A DNA stretch of 22,838 nt. Origin: a virus. The stretch lies in IMG/VR virus record IMGVR_UViG_3300031992_000470. One strand, written 5' to 3'. A program made the translations under genes and the position numbers. This document shows, in pieces, positions 22,658-22,838 of this stretch; position 1 is the stretch's first letter, and every line of letters starts with the position of its first letter. Under the pieces are notes generated by a model. That model was not told the origin of the DNA. It saw only the letters and a list, made by a program, of their open reading frames with translations, and ran no database searches.

Positions 22658-22838
22658 GCTTTGCCATCCTCCTCGTCCTTGTAGAGTTCGAAGATTCTGA
22701 ATACCTTCATCCACTCCTCGAGTTTCATCGTTACGAGCCAGGGACAGTTGTTCTTGCGGTGGAATACGGCGGGAAGATCGTTCTCCCCCGCGTCCCTGGT
22801 CGCCTGGGCGATCGCGTCGTATAGGTTGAGATGCTCGA
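22654..22838 (-). CDS. Holliday-junction resolvase-like nuclease, C-terminal part. It continues the ORF at 287 -> 1; 22712-22838 duplicates 1-127.
   Basis: The frame was verified across the junction (…GAG TG|G ATG AAG…). TGA at 22656-22654. Confidence 0.75.
   Translation of the reverse strand, partial: EHLNLYDAIAQATRDAGENDLPAVFHRKNNCPWLVTMKLEEWMKVFRIFELYKDEEDGKA
22712..22838. repeat. Terminal direct repeat, copy 2
   Basis: Identical to 1-127. Confidence 0.95.

Noticed and set aside
1-22838. GATC / GCGATCGC over-representation as evidence for Dam-type methylation or restriction avoidance
   Set aside because: It is largely explained by preferred codon pairs (GCG-ATC, GAT-CGC, xxG-ATC) on the coding strand, and no methyltransferase gene is present. 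It is used only as a marker for the Dit/Tal compositional island.

Overview
The window is one complete, circularly closed tailed-phage genome. Bases 1-127 are repeated exactly at 22712-22838, so the unique length is 22,711 bp, and one gene (a PD-(D/E)XK Holliday-junction resolvase) is split across the window ends. All genes but one are on the minus strand. Reading the minus strand from a divergent promoter region at about 5942-6103, the early arm runs 5941 -> 1 and continues across the junction to 21999. It contains two micro-ORFs, a Cro-like HTH, small Cys-rich or membrane proteins, an HTH_39-like protein, Gp157, ERF, a winged-helix replication-initiator-like protein followed by an iteron/pentamer-repeat origin candidate, SSB, a PAPS-reductase/DndC-like PP-loop enzyme flanked by Cys-rich proteins, the resolvase and an ArpU-like late regulator. 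The late arm runs 21805 -> 6621. It contains a beta-rich 107-aa protein, a 377-aa BspA-type LRR protein, HNH endonuclease, TerL, HK97-type portal, protease and major capsid protein, connector proteins, major tail protein, a G/GT chaperone with a -1 frameshift, tape measure, Dit, Tal, and a holin - M15 endolysin - second holin cassette. The single plus-strand gene (6104-6427) has its own near-consensus promoter and a textbook terminator. I found no integrase, repressor-type HTH on the plus strand, small terminase, tRNA, CRISPR array or reverse transcriptase. Strong GGAGG ribosome-binding sites and the ArpU, Dp-1-holin, BhlA, ERF and Gp157 gene set suggest a Bacillota (Clostridia-like) host; this is inference. 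The points most worth follow-up are: the LRR/jelly-roll gene pair sitting where a small terminase is expected; tandem terminators in the late-operon leader; the PP-loop enzyme translationally coupled to Cys-rich proteins; the origin-like repeat array; the atypical switch region; and a codon-usage island covering exactly Dit plus Tal. All family assignments come from motif recall by eye, not from database searches.
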